From: Patescibacteria group bacterium
GTDB lineage: Bacteria > Patescibacteriota > Patescibacteriia > JAHIZJ01
Direction of reading: 5' to 3'
NCBI GenBank assembly: GCA_028714495.1
Contig: JAQTMH010000004.1
Span: forward strand, 64,232 to 128,231
DNA: 64,000 bases
Part shown: positions 1-8,152 of the stretch, piece after piece
Layout of the letters: the number at the start of each line of letters is the position of its first letter
How positions within the stretch are numbered: position 1 is the stretch's first letter
Notes under the pieces: model-generated
Seen by the model: only the letters and a program-made list of their open reading frames with translations
Databases searched by the model: none
Told to the model about the DNA's origin: nothing
Program-made: the position numbers and the translations under genes

Positions 1-57
1 TCAACCAAACAATCTCCGGTTTGACCTCGTCGTAGTAATACTACGCCTCGGCCACAA

Positions 58-112
58 TCCTCCCCCGGATTCGGATCCGGGGTCGGCTCAAACGCGTAAG
101 TCCTATAAATAT
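58..112 (+). promoter_or_regulatory. second copy (3' part) of the conserved leader motif CCCCCGGATTnnnATCCGGGGTnnnCTCAAACGYGTAAGTCCTA upstream of HAD hydrolase gene
   Basis: Aligned by eye to 58378..58417. The upstream hairpin differs in sequence but not in form. Confidence 0.5.
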
Positions 113-118
113 CGAACA

Positions 119-790
119 ATGATCAAGGGAATTATCTACGATTTGGACGATGTGATTATCGATTCTTACGGACTCCATGTGAAAGCCACGGAAATGGTGC
201 TGGCTGGATTTGGCATTAAGCCCGACCAGCTAAAAATATCAGATAAACTTGAGGCCAAGCTGTTGGGCAAAAGAGTAATTGAAGTTATGGAAATACTGGC
301 AAAGCATCACAAGCTAAAGGTTGATCCAAGGATTCTTCATCAGCGGCGGGAAGAAATATTTCTGAAGCTGGCTCAGGCAGAGCTGGAGCTTTTTCCCGGA
401 GTAAAGGAATCGCTTCGTCTTTTTAAAACCGAAGGTTACAAAACCGCAGTTGCTTCATCCGGCACAAAGGGGCTGATAAATTTCGTTTTAGGCAAGTTTG
501 GCTTGTTCCACCTATTTGAAGAAATTGTTTCCGCTGAGGATGTAAAAAAGGGCAAGCCGGATCCAGAGGTTTTCAAAAAAGCCGCGGGAAAAATGGGGCT
601 CAAGCCTGAGGAATGCGTCGTGCTTGATGATTCCACGAACGGGATCATTGCCGCGAAGAAAGCCGGATGCAAATGCATCGCCGTGCCAAGCGCTCAGACC
701 CCGAAACAGGATTTATCAAAAGCCGACCGAATCGTTCAATCGCTTAACGAGATTACCCTCTCGATGATTAAACAATTTAATGAACAATAA
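119..790 (+). CDS. HAD-superfamily hydrolase, subfamily IA (beta-phosphoglucomutase-like)
   Basis: The N-terminus has IYDLDDVII (DxD nucleophile motif). The C-terminus has GKPDPEVF and LDDS motifs. ORF is 223 aa. Confidence 0.75.
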   Translation: MIKGIIYDLDDVIIDSYGLHVKATEMVLAGFGIKPDQLKISDKLEAKLLGKRVIEVMEILAKHHKLKVDPRILHQRREEIFLKLAQAELELFPGVKESLRLFKTEGYKTAVASSGTKGLINFVLGKFGLFHLFEEIVSAEDVKKGKPDPEVFKKAAGKMGLKPEECVVLDDSTNGIIAAKKAGCKCIAVPSAQTPKQDLSKADRIVQSLNEITLSMIKQFNEQ

Positions 791-803
791 AAAGGATAAC
801 ACT

Positions 804-1496
804 ATGAAAAAAGATAATATTATTCGCATTGGCCACCGCGGCGCCTGCGGTTATGAACCGGAGAACACGCTCCGGTCGTTTCGAAAAGCGATTGAGCTAG
901 GCGTTGAGATGACAGAATTTGATGTGTATGTTTGTGCGACAGGCGAACTGGTCGTTATCCACGATGATAAAGTTGACCGTACAACTAACGGAACCGGTTA
1001 TGTTTTTAAAAAAACATTTTCCGAATTGAGACAGCTTGATGCCGGTCAAGGTGAAAAAATCCCAACGCTTGAAGAAGTGCTCGATGTGATCAATCGGAAA
1101 GCAAAAGTGAACATAGAATTAAAAGGTGTTGGGACAGCAAAACCGGTGGCTGAAACAATTATTCGTTATCAAAAGGAAAAAGGCTGGTTGATTGATGATT
1201 TTTTAGTTTCGTCGTTTAATCACCACGAATTAAAAGCATTTCATGATTTATTGCCAGAGATTCCAATCGGTGCCCTGATTACTGGGATCCCATTAAACTA
1301 TGCTGAATTTGCAGAAAAGCTGGGGGCTCAGTTTGTTAATGTGTCAATGGAGTTTGTAACTAGAGAATTTGTTGACGATGCGCACCAGCGAGGCCTGAAG
1401 ATTGCCGTTTTTACTGTAAATGAACCGGACGATTTTGAACTGATAAAGGCAATGGGCGTTGATGGAGTATTTTCTAACTTTCCGGATAGAATATAG
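804..1496 (+). CDS. glycerophosphodiester phosphodiesterase (GDPD family)
   Basis: Carries the IGHRGACGYEPENTL motif typical of GlpQ/UgpQ. Start placed at ATG 804 (AAAAGGA upstream); the ORF track allows 780. Confidence 0.8.
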   Translation: MKKDNIIRIGHRGACGYEPENTLRSFRKAIELGVEMTEFDVYVCATGELVVIHDDKVDRTTNGTGYVFKKTFSELRQLDAGQGEKIPTLEEVLDVINRKAKVNIELKGVGTAKPVAETIIRYQKEKGWLIDDFLVSSFNHHELKAFHDLLPEIPIGALITGIPLNYAEFAEKLGAQFVNVSMEFVTREFVDDAHQRGLKIAVFTVNEPDDFELIKAMGVDGVFSNFPDRI

Positions 1497-1629
1497 ACAA
1501 AGCAACAATTTTTGAATTTAAAAAGCTATGTTTTATTTATCCACTTGCTTGTTAATTCCAAGGCCGCTATAATAATATAAGCTCTCTCTCACGCACTGGC
1601 CCGCCATATCCTCTTTCCCCATGATGCCT

Positions 1630-1668
1630 GGTGACTTTAGTCCGCGGCCCTAAAGTCACCTTTTTTAT
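1630..1668 (+). terminator. rho-independent terminator after GDPD gene
   Basis: GGTGACTTTAG...CTAAAGTCACC stem followed by TTTTTT. Confidence 0.7.
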
Positions 1669-1943
1669 TTGCCTTCACACCAGCAGTTGTAGAGTTACTT
1701 AACAATATTTTCAGTACAAACGAAAGCGGAGCCATAGGCAAATAACCCGCCGAAGGCCCCCAATATTACCTAGCTGGTAAAAAGCCAGATAAATAATGAA
1801 AATAAGTACTGTTAAATAAATGCTAACCGGAGGCGGGTAATGACCACCTTATTACCAAGGATTTACATTGGAGATGCCGGAACCCCCTGACTAGATCGGG
1901 GGCCGGCATGACTGCAGAAGTGGTATTATTAGCCGCTGCAAAT

Positions 1944-2055
1944 AACCCCGCCCCAATCTCAGCCAAGTCCGTAGTTTGTCGTTGACCTAAGGCGAAGCCG
2001 CCTAGCGGCTTGCGCTTTTTCTTATTGATGGCGTCCATAAGATTGGGGCGGGGTT
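1944..2055. repeat. 112-nt palindromic hairpin element, copy 1 (16-bp terminal inverted repeat AACCCCGCCCCAATCT)
   Basis: Termini are perfect reverse complements. An internal GCGAAGCCGC...GCGGCTTGCGC hairpin is followed by a T-run. A second copy lies at 48881..48991. Confidence 0.8.
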
Positions 2056-2337
2056 AAACAGCTATTTATTTTAAATAATTGTAAAATTGACCCAAGCCCA
2101 AAAATATGCAATGATTATAAGGCCGAGAGGTTCTTGGCAACCGCTCATTCGGCCCATAACCACAAGGGGGTTCAATTTGAACTGGCCAGGGCTGCTATTC
2201 GACGCAGTCGCGGGGAGTGAGGTCGCGAACAAGGCCAACACGAAGACGGCCGAGCGTGACGACATGTCGTGAGCCAACTCAGGAGGACTCACCCATGAAC
2301 CGCATACGCGATTCCGACTGAACCGCCAAAGCGGTGC

Positions 2338-2372
2338 GCGGCAGAGGTTATCCAACCACTGCCGCCTTTTTA
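2338..2372 (+). terminator. rho-independent terminator
   Basis: GCGGCAG...CTGCCGC stem followed by CTTTTTAC. Confidence 0.55.
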
Positions 2373-2415
2373 CTTTAGGGAAATTAACAGAAGGCGGTTG
2401 TTATCCACAGCAGCT

Positions 2416-2443
2416 TTGACACTAGTAGTAAGTGGACTATAAT
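2416..2443 (+). promoter_or_regulatory. consensus sigma70-type promoter (TTGACA-N16-TATAAT)
   Basis: Exact TTGACA at 2416 and TATAAT at 2438. Confidence 0.6.
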
Positions 2444-2543
2444 ATACCTGTCGTTCGCGTGTGCGGTTGTGCGGCAGGGGGAGTTGGCGAATGACAGCAG
2501 GTAAACCGTCGTGGCCGCATTAACTGGGGAAAGGAGAAATCCT

Positions 2544-2579
2544 ATGGCCAACAGACGGTGGAGCTCGGTTCTCTTCTAG
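2544..2579 (+). CDS. 11-codon micro-ORF (MANRRWSSVLF) with strong SD
   Basis: AGGAG lies 7 nt upstream of ATG. It sits between the consensus promoter and a rho-independent terminator. Function unknown. Confidence 0.3.
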   Translation: MANRRWSSVLF

Positions 2580-2624
2580 CTCTTCCTGGCGAAGAAGAGG
2601 GCTCAAAGGCTCCGGATGCCTGAA

Positions 2625-2698
2625 GGTGGCTGAAAGTATCTTGTCGGGGAGATCCGTGGCGGCTACGACAAGAGCTGGAAGCCACCTCTTTTTATTTG
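2625..2698 (+). terminator. rho-independent terminator (long stem with internal hairpin)
   Basis: GGTGGCT...AGCCACC followed by TCTTTTTATTTG. Confidence 0.55.
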
Positions 2699-3160
2699 CA
2701 GTGGCTAAAACCCTACCCGCCTCCGGTTGCTGCCTGCTTTCGCTTTTTCTATTACATTCATTTTTCATTATTACAACAGTTAGGTAAATAAGGGGGGCCT
2801 TCTGCGGGTATTTGCCCTTGGCTTCGACAATGTAATTAGTAATAGATAATCTTCCACCCATCACATTTGTTGGTTCTTTGTCAAATAAAAAACGGGGCGA
2901 ACCGTCTGAAGGGAGCAAGCCGCAGAGAAGTTTCGGCAGGCGCGGCTTGCCAACCACCGGTTCGCCCCTTCCGGGCAATGGCGATCGGCGCATAGATTTT
3001 TGGAGTTGGGCGGGGTCACCCGGCAAGCTTTTCGGTAAACGCCGACCAATGAGCAATTCAGTACCCCCTAGGCTTCTCTTATAGTCCGGGCGGGAAAAAG
3101 CTCCGGCCCAGCTATGATTTTAGTATAGTTGTTATTGGATAGGCAGACAAGTGCTGGTAG

Positions 3161-3529
3161 TTATAGTTGTTTAACCATGTATGTATCTCGAAGTTTGTAG
3201 CCGATTTTACGATAGTACTCACGCACCCCGATGCCGGAGATAACGGCGATTTTTTAAAGCCTTTTTTGAGAGCGATTTTTTCAGCTTCACGCATTAATCT
3301 TTTGCCCAGGCCAAGATGCTGGACCGCTGATTCCTTCTTTTTTCCCCTTCAGTTCAATCAGCTGGCCGTATATGTGGAGCTCTCTAATCAGCGCGCCGTC
3401 CTTTAAAACCGGAAACAGCTGATTGATTTCCGGCGATGGATAAATTGGGAGCCGGACAAAGGCATAAAGCCTCTGGCGGTTTTTATTCTCGTAGAATATG
3501 AAATATTCAGTGCCAGCCGAAGCCACCAT
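3161..3529 (-). pseudogene. displaced 3' fragment of elp3-like gene (frameshifted)
   Basis: The two short ORFs 3112..3294 and 3287..3529 are homologous to the C-terminal GNAT region of ORF 4579..6180 (LYAFVRLP.., LIRELH.YGQ, KKGFKK). One A is missing in the A-run near 3251, giving a frameshift. The last 87 bp are near-identical to 4590..4677. Confidence 0.75.
3169..3255. repeat. 87-bp direct repeat (left copy) flanking inserted element
   Basis: Near-identical to 4590..4677 (2 mismatches, 1 indel). Flanking sequence is only about 70 percent similar. Confidence 0.85.
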
Positions 3530-3556
3530 TTTTTTAATAATAAAAGGAGGCGTTAT

Positions 3557-4297
3557 TCACGCCTCGCGGGTCAGCTGTGCGATCTCGTCTTTGTAGAGAT
3601 CAAGCCACCCTTCATCAAAGAACCACTTGGGAACGAGTGATCCCTTTAGCCGCCGCTCGCGCTGGAGCGTCCGGTACGTCCAGACGCAGTGACCCTCGCT
3701 GCCGCGCACCTTAGGCGCGGTGACCGCCTGACGCACGACATTGTGCGGAAGTGTGTAGGGCGGATTGAATCCGCCGTTGATTTCGATGTAGGTGCGGCGC
3801 AGGTTGAGCGCTGCCGTGAGGAATCGCACGAGCAGGCTGAACCCGCGGTTGGTGCAGCATGCGTCGGGATGAACGATGATCAGGAACGACTGTCCCCGTC
3901 CGCGCATCGGGTGATTGATGCAATTCCAGGTGTCGCTGCCGTCGATTGCCCGGTCCGTTGTTCGGCACTCAGGCGGAGAGGACAGATACGTGATGGGGTC
4001 GCCGGGTTCGTCTCGCAGGAGCACCCGGTCAGTGGCACCGTTCACCATGAAGGCCCCGTGCCAGCCCAGGAGCTCGGGATGATACCGCGGAATCACGTAA
4101 AGACTGTCGTTCGGATCGTCCGAGAACGTGCAGCAGCCGCGCCAGAACGTGAAGGGATGCTTCTTCGGCGCGTAGAATGTGACGCGCCAGCGTTCCAGGC
4201 AGTCAGTCTCGACTTCCCAGCGCAGGAGAATGCCATAGCGTCTCCGGATGCGCGTGACCAGGCCCTTGAGGGCGCTTTCCAGACTAGGATAGAACAT
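3557..4297 (-). CDS. hypothetical protein with FNPPY motif (possible N6-adenine/N4-cytosine DNA methyltransferase catalytic motif IV), GC-rich foreign gene
   Basis: 246-aa ORF with RBS GGAAGGGGG upstream of ATG 4297. It contains NGGFNPPY; no clear AdoMet motif I was recognised. The antisense 297-aa ORF was rejected. Confidence 0.5.
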   Translation of the reverse strand: MFYPSLESALKGLVTRIRRRYGILLRWEVETDCLERWRVTFYAPKKHPFTFWRGCCTFSDDPNDSLYVIPRYHPELLGWHGAFMVNGATDRVLLRDEPGDPITYLSSPPECRTTDRAIDGSDTWNCINHPMRGRGQSFLIIVHPDACCTNRGFSLLVRFLTAALNLRRTYIEINGGFNPPYTLPHNVVRQAVTAPKVRGSEGHCVWTYRTLQRERRLKGSLVPKWFFDEGWLDLYKDEIAQLTREA

Positions 4298-4506
4298 CAG
4301 TGTACCCCCTTCCGTGGATTTGGTTGGCTGTTGACAGTATTTGGCCGACAGCCCTTTTTATCATATTCAGTTTGTCTTGTCAAGGGCGTAAAAAGGCCGT
4401 CGGCTTGCATTTCTATGGATCGGTGTCGGTTCACTCCTATGAATGGTAACAATGACGATGCTAACCCCACGGCAACCGTGATGAGCATCCTGTACATTTT
4501 TAGCAC
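4297..4506 (-). CDS. hypothetical small protein (69 aa, N-terminal hydrophobic segment)
   Basis: ORF only, inside the inserted element. Confidence 0.25.
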   Translation of the reverse strand: MLKMYRMLITVAVGLASSLLPFIGVNRHRSIEMQADGLFTPLTRQTEYDKKGCRPNTVNSQPNPRKGVH

Positions 4507-4578
4507 ATTGGGCGGTTATACGGCTGAGCCGCGACTCGGTGCTATTGAAACTATATTGCGTTGTCGGATGAATGATAA

Positions 4579-6180
4579 TTAGGACAGAGGTTTGACCATA
4601 TATGTATCTCGAAGTTTGTAGCCGATTTTACGATAGTACTCACGCACCCCGATGCCGGAGATAACGGCGATTTTTTTATAGCCTTTTTGGCGGGCGAGAC
4701 GTTCAGCCGTTAGCATCAGACGCTTGCCAAAACCCAAGTGCTGCACGGCTTTTTTATCTGTTTGACCGACAGGGATCATTTGGCCGTAAGTATGGAGCTC
4801 ACGGATAAGCGCTGTGTTTTTTAATACAGGTAACAACTGTTGCAGGCGAGATTGGCCAATCTCGCCTATGGGTGAATTGTTTGGCAGACGCAGGCGCAGG
4901 AAAGCATAAAGCTTCTTTCGAGTTTTATCCTCGAAAGAAATAAAGCACTCATCTCCAGCCGCGGCCCGGTATTTTTCGGCAAAAATCTTGGCTTGACTGG
5001 GTTTAACCTGGCTGGCACGAGCTTCGCGGCAACGAATGCATTGGCAGATTACGCCGCGCTCGCTTAGAACCTGGCGCAGGTTTGTCAGACGGCTTCCAGC
5101 CACGATATCTGGGCCGGGAATATCGCGCACCAGCCGTTCGATTCTGACCCAGCGGGGAACCAGCGCTTTCAGCTTTGGGATTAATGACATCAGTTGGCGC
5201 TCGGAATAGGGTTTATATTTCCCGCGTTTCCACAGATGATAAAGGGGAGAGTTTTTAAGCACCACGGTCGGATAGAGTTTTAGGAAATCGGGTTTGAAAC
5301 GCGGATCAGTAAAGACTTCCCGGAAGGTTTTGATATCTTTTGCCGGAGTAGCTCCAGGCAAGCCGGGCATGAGATGATAATTGATTTTTAAACCGGCCTC
5401 ACGCAAAAGTTTCGTGGCTTGGACTATGGTTTTAACATCGTGGCCGCGCTTAACCAGCTTGAGGATTCGATCGTCAGTGGTTTGAACGCCGATCTGAACG
5501 CGGGTAACGCCCAATTCACGCAGGCGCCTGATCTCTTCCGGAGTGATGAAGTCGGGCCGGGTCTCGATAGTCAGTCCGATAATCCGGTTTTTGGCGTGTT
5601 CATTCAGTTTCTGAGCAGCTGATAGGCCAGAGGCAGTTTTTCCATTAGCCGCGTCAAAGCATCGCTTAATAAACTGGGTCTGATAGGCTGTTGGGTAAGC
5701 CGACCAGGTGCCGCCGAGGACGATGAGTTCGATTTTATCAGTGGCGTGGCCATTGGCCTGAAGAGTGGCTATTCGGGTTTTTACTTGTCGATGAGGGTCA
5801 AATTTAGCGCGAAAAGCCCGTTGCGCCGCCGGTTCGGAAACCAGATAGCTTTTTGGCATCTGATCTTCGGCCGGACAGTAAACGCATTTGCCCGGGCAGG
5901 GGTAGGGCTTAGTTAGCGCGGTTATTACGGCCACGCCCGAAAGGGTGCGGATTTTGCGGCGGCGCAGGGTATTTAATAGAGGAGCGCTAACCGGCAAACG
6001 CCCGGCCTTTATCAATTGCCGATATGCCCGTAAAATAGTATTATTAGAGATGATCGGGAGATTAAACTCTTTGGCGGCGCGACGCTTAAATCCAGCCAAG
6101 TCTTCCGAGCTAGCGACGCTACTCCCCAATAATTTTTTGACTATGGGATACCAATCCATATGAAAAGCGATTTTGCTCAA
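4579..6180 (-). CDS. elp3: Elp3-like radical SAM / GNAT acetyltransferase (tRNA U34 modification family)
   Basis: Radical SAM region has KIRTLSGVAVITALTKPYPCPGKCVYCP and GHATDKIELIVLGGTWSAY. The C-terminal domain is GNAT-like. 533 aa. Confidence 0.8.
   Translation of the reverse strand: MSKIAFHMDWYPIVKKLLGSSVASSEDLAGFKRRAAKEFNLPIISNNTILRAYRQLIKAGRLPVSAPLLNTLRRRKIRTLSGVAVITALTKPYPCPGKCVYCPAEDQMPKSYLVSEPAAQRAFRAKFDPHRQVKTRIATLQANGHATDKIELIVLGGTWSAYPTAYQTQFIKRCFDAANGKTASGLSAAQKLNEHAKNRIIGLTIETRPDFITPEEIRRLRELGVTRVQIGVQTTDDRILKLVKRGHDVKTIVQATKLLREAGLKINYHLMPGLPGATPAKDIKTFREVFTDPRFKPDFLKLYPTVVLKNSPLYHLWKRGKYKPYSERQLMSLIPKLKALVPRWVRIERLVRDIPGPDIVAGSRLTNLRQVLSERGVICQCIRCREARASQVKPSQAKIFAEKYRAAAGDECFISFEDKTRKKLYAFLRLRLPNNSPIGEIGQSRLQQLLPVLKNTALIRELHTYGQMIPVGQTDKKAVQHLGFGKRLMLTAERLARQKGYKKIAVISGIGVREYYRKIGYKLRDTYMVKPLS
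4590..4677. repeat. 87-bp direct repeat (right copy) flanking inserted element
   Basis: See 3169..3255. Confidence 0.85.
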
Positions 6181-6870
6181 ACCTTGTTAAGAAAAGTCCG
6201 CGCCGACTATCAAATGCTGGCGGATCAGTATTCATCTACCCGGGAAGACATCTGGCCGGAGTATCTCGAGTTTCAAAAATATCTTCAGCCGGGAATGAAG
6301 GTTTTAGATATTGGCTGCGGCAATGGTAGATTAACGAAAATCTTCGATAAAGTAAAGGTTGATTATACCGGCGTGGATGTCAGCCCGCGTATGCTGGAGC
6401 AAGCCCGGAAGCTTTTCCCGGGTTATAAATTTCAGGTTGGCGATATTATGAATCTGCCGTTTAGCGAAGGAGAATTCGACGCGGTGTTTTGCCTCCAGGT
6501 CATCCACCAAATTCCCTCGGGCGAACTGCGCCGCCAAGCGCTTGGGCAAATGTCGCGGGTGCTTAAGCCAGGTGGCCGGATTATTGTAGCGGTTTGGAAT
6601 TTGTGGCGGCCGATTTACCGCTCGAAGCTTAATCGAAATAACCTGAAGAAATTTTTTGGTCTGACGCCGTACGACAAAAATGACATTTTGATACCCTGGC
6701 GCGATTCCGGGGTGGAGCAGTATTATCACGCCTTTACCCAGCCTGAATTGAAAAGGCTTTTGAGTCAGGCCGGTCTGAGGGTTGAACGGGAGTTTTTGGG
6801 CAAGGAATACAAAACAGACAGTAAGTACCACTTCAACAACATTGTCATCATCGCACAAAAAGCGGGTTAA
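6160..6870 (+). CDS. class I SAM-dependent methyltransferase
   Basis: VLDIGCGNGRLT glycine-rich motif I, and motif II VLKPGGRIIV. Confidence 0.8.
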   Translation: MKSDFAQTLLRKVRADYQMLADQYSSTREDIWPEYLEFQKYLQPGMKVLDIGCGNGRLTKIFDKVKVDYTGVDVSPRMLEQARKLFPGYKFQVGDIMNLPFSEGEFDAVFCLQVIHQIPSGELRRQALGQMSRVLKPGGRIIVAVWNLWRPIYRSKLNRNNLKKFFGLTPYDKNDILIPWRDSGVEQYYHAFTQPELKRLLSQAGLRVEREFLGKEYKTDSKYHFNNIVIIAQKAG

Positions 6871-6949
6871 CTTGTAGTTCAGCGACTTAAACTCTAGAAT
6901 TAATCATTGGCTTCTGCTAGGATAAGAATATAATAAATAAACCAATAAC

Positions 6950-8107
6950 ATGTTCAAAAAGAAACCTCTCGTCATTATTTTGATTGCTGCCAGCGCGGTC
7001 TTTTTGCCGCTGGTTGTTTTGGCTGAAATCAACCGCTCGGTCTTAGTCGGCAGTAGTGAGGTCATTAATGATAATTTTGTTAATTTTGGGGAAGTTATAA
7101 CAGTTGACGGTCAGGTAAATGGTGATGTGATTTTGGGAGGCAGCGACGTGACGATCAACGGCCAGGTGGCAGGCGATGTCTTGATTGCCGCGGCCAACGT
7201 GACGATCAGCGGAGAAGTTTTGGGCAATGCCAGGATCGCGGCCAGCACTGTGATAATTCGTGGTACCATCGCGAAAAACGCGACAATCTTGGCGAATGAT
7301 CTCACCTTCACCGAAAAGGGCTCGATCGGCTGGAGCCTGGGCTACCTGGCCGGTTCAGCGGATTTAAAAGGAAAGGTGGCGGGCAATCTAACCGGCGAAT
7401 CGCTCTCTCTGACATTGGGCGGTCAGGTTGGCAGCAACGCCCAAGTTACGGTCGCGAGAAATAATTTGGTTCTTGATCCAGGCGTTAAAATCAAAGGCGA
7501 TTTGAACTACCGAACCCAGGCCGAAACCGCGATCAGGCCAGGGCAGGTAGGCGGGGTTGTTACGCATAACGAGATTGAGGATGTTCAAAATCAAGTCAGA
7601 AAGTTTTTTGTCGCGAGCTCATATTATCTGAAGCTAATATCCCTCCTTGGCTTGTTGCTGGTCGGTTTGCTGATTGTGGCGGTTTGTCCGAAAAAGGTCG
7701 AACAGATCATTCAAGAAATTACGGTCAAACCTTTAACAAAAATTGCCTGGGGTGTTCTGTTCCTTTTCGGTATTCCTGTCGCGGCTTTTATCCTTTTCAT
7801 TTCAATTATCGGCGCGCCGTTGGGTTTGATTGCTCTGGGCGCCTATCTCATATTGGTTTATCTCAGCCGGATTTTCTCGGGTTTGATAGTAGGAAAATAT
7901 GTTTTTGGCCTGATTTTTAAGGATCGGACCATTTCTCCGACCTTGTCTCTAATATTTGGAGTGGTTATCTTAGTTCTGGCCAGCTGGCTGCCTTATGTTG
8001 GCTGGCTGATCGGTCTGACGGCCACAGTTTTTGGACTTGCCGGAGCCATTTTGGTCGGTTTCCGAGACATCAGGAAGGAAAATCCGACAACGAGCGCAAA
8101 GAAATAA
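6950..8107 (+). CDS. membrane protein with N-terminal bactofilin-like beta-helical repeats and C-terminal polytopic membrane domain
   Basis: Has a signal/TM segment, then repeated GDV/GEV beta-strand units (VDGQVNGDVILGGSDVTINGQVAGDV...), then four or more hydrophobic helices. Confidence 0.55.
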   Translation: MFKKKPLVIILIAASAVFLPLVVLAEINRSVLVGSSEVINDNFVNFGEVITVDGQVNGDVILGGSDVTINGQVAGDVLIAAANVTISGEVLGNARIAASTVIIRGTIAKNATILANDLTFTEKGSIGWSLGYLAGSADLKGKVAGNLTGESLSLTLGGQVGSNAQVTVARNNLVLDPGVKIKGDLNYRTQAETAIRPGQVGGVVTHNEIEDVQNQVRKFFVASSYYLKLISLLGLLLVGLLIVAVCPKKVEQIIQEITVKPLTKIAWGVLFLFGIPVAAFILFISIIGAPLGLIALGAYLILVYLSRIFSGLIVGKYVFGLIFKDRTISPTLSLIFGVVILVLASWLPYVGWLIGLTATVFGLAGAILVGFRDIRKENPTTSAKK

Positions 8108-8152
8108 CCATTAACCAGGCAGCTGGTTTTTTGCCAGCGTGTTTTTCTATCT

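Larger units (their letters stand above)
3256..4589. mobile_element. GC-rich ~1.3-kb insertion in 3' end of elp3-like gene (putative integrative element lacking integrase in this window)
   Basis: Bounded by 87-bp direct repeats. Composition is markedly GC-rich versus flanks. It carries a diverged elp3 3' fragment, an NPPY-motif ORF and a small ORF. The functional elp3 3' end is reconstituted at the right junction. Confidence 0.6.

Noticed and set aside
2060-2375. Possible RNase P RNA, tmRNA, SRP RNA or 6S RNA in the promoter/terminator-bounded ~250-nt unit
   Set aside because: Looked for hallmark motifs (RNase P GGAAAGUCCGGGCUCC / AGGGUGAAANGGUGCGGUAAGAGCGCACC, tmRNA tag ORF plus T-arm and CCA, SRP helix 8 GGAA/AGCAGCC). 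None is present. Left as unclassified candidate ncRNA.
3689-4582. 297-aa plus-strand ORF antisense to the NPPY-motif gene
   Set aside because: Ala/Arg/Gly-rich composition typical of antisense frames in GC-rich DNA. It has no RBS and reads through into AT-normal flanking sequence. The minus-strand ORF has a strong SD.
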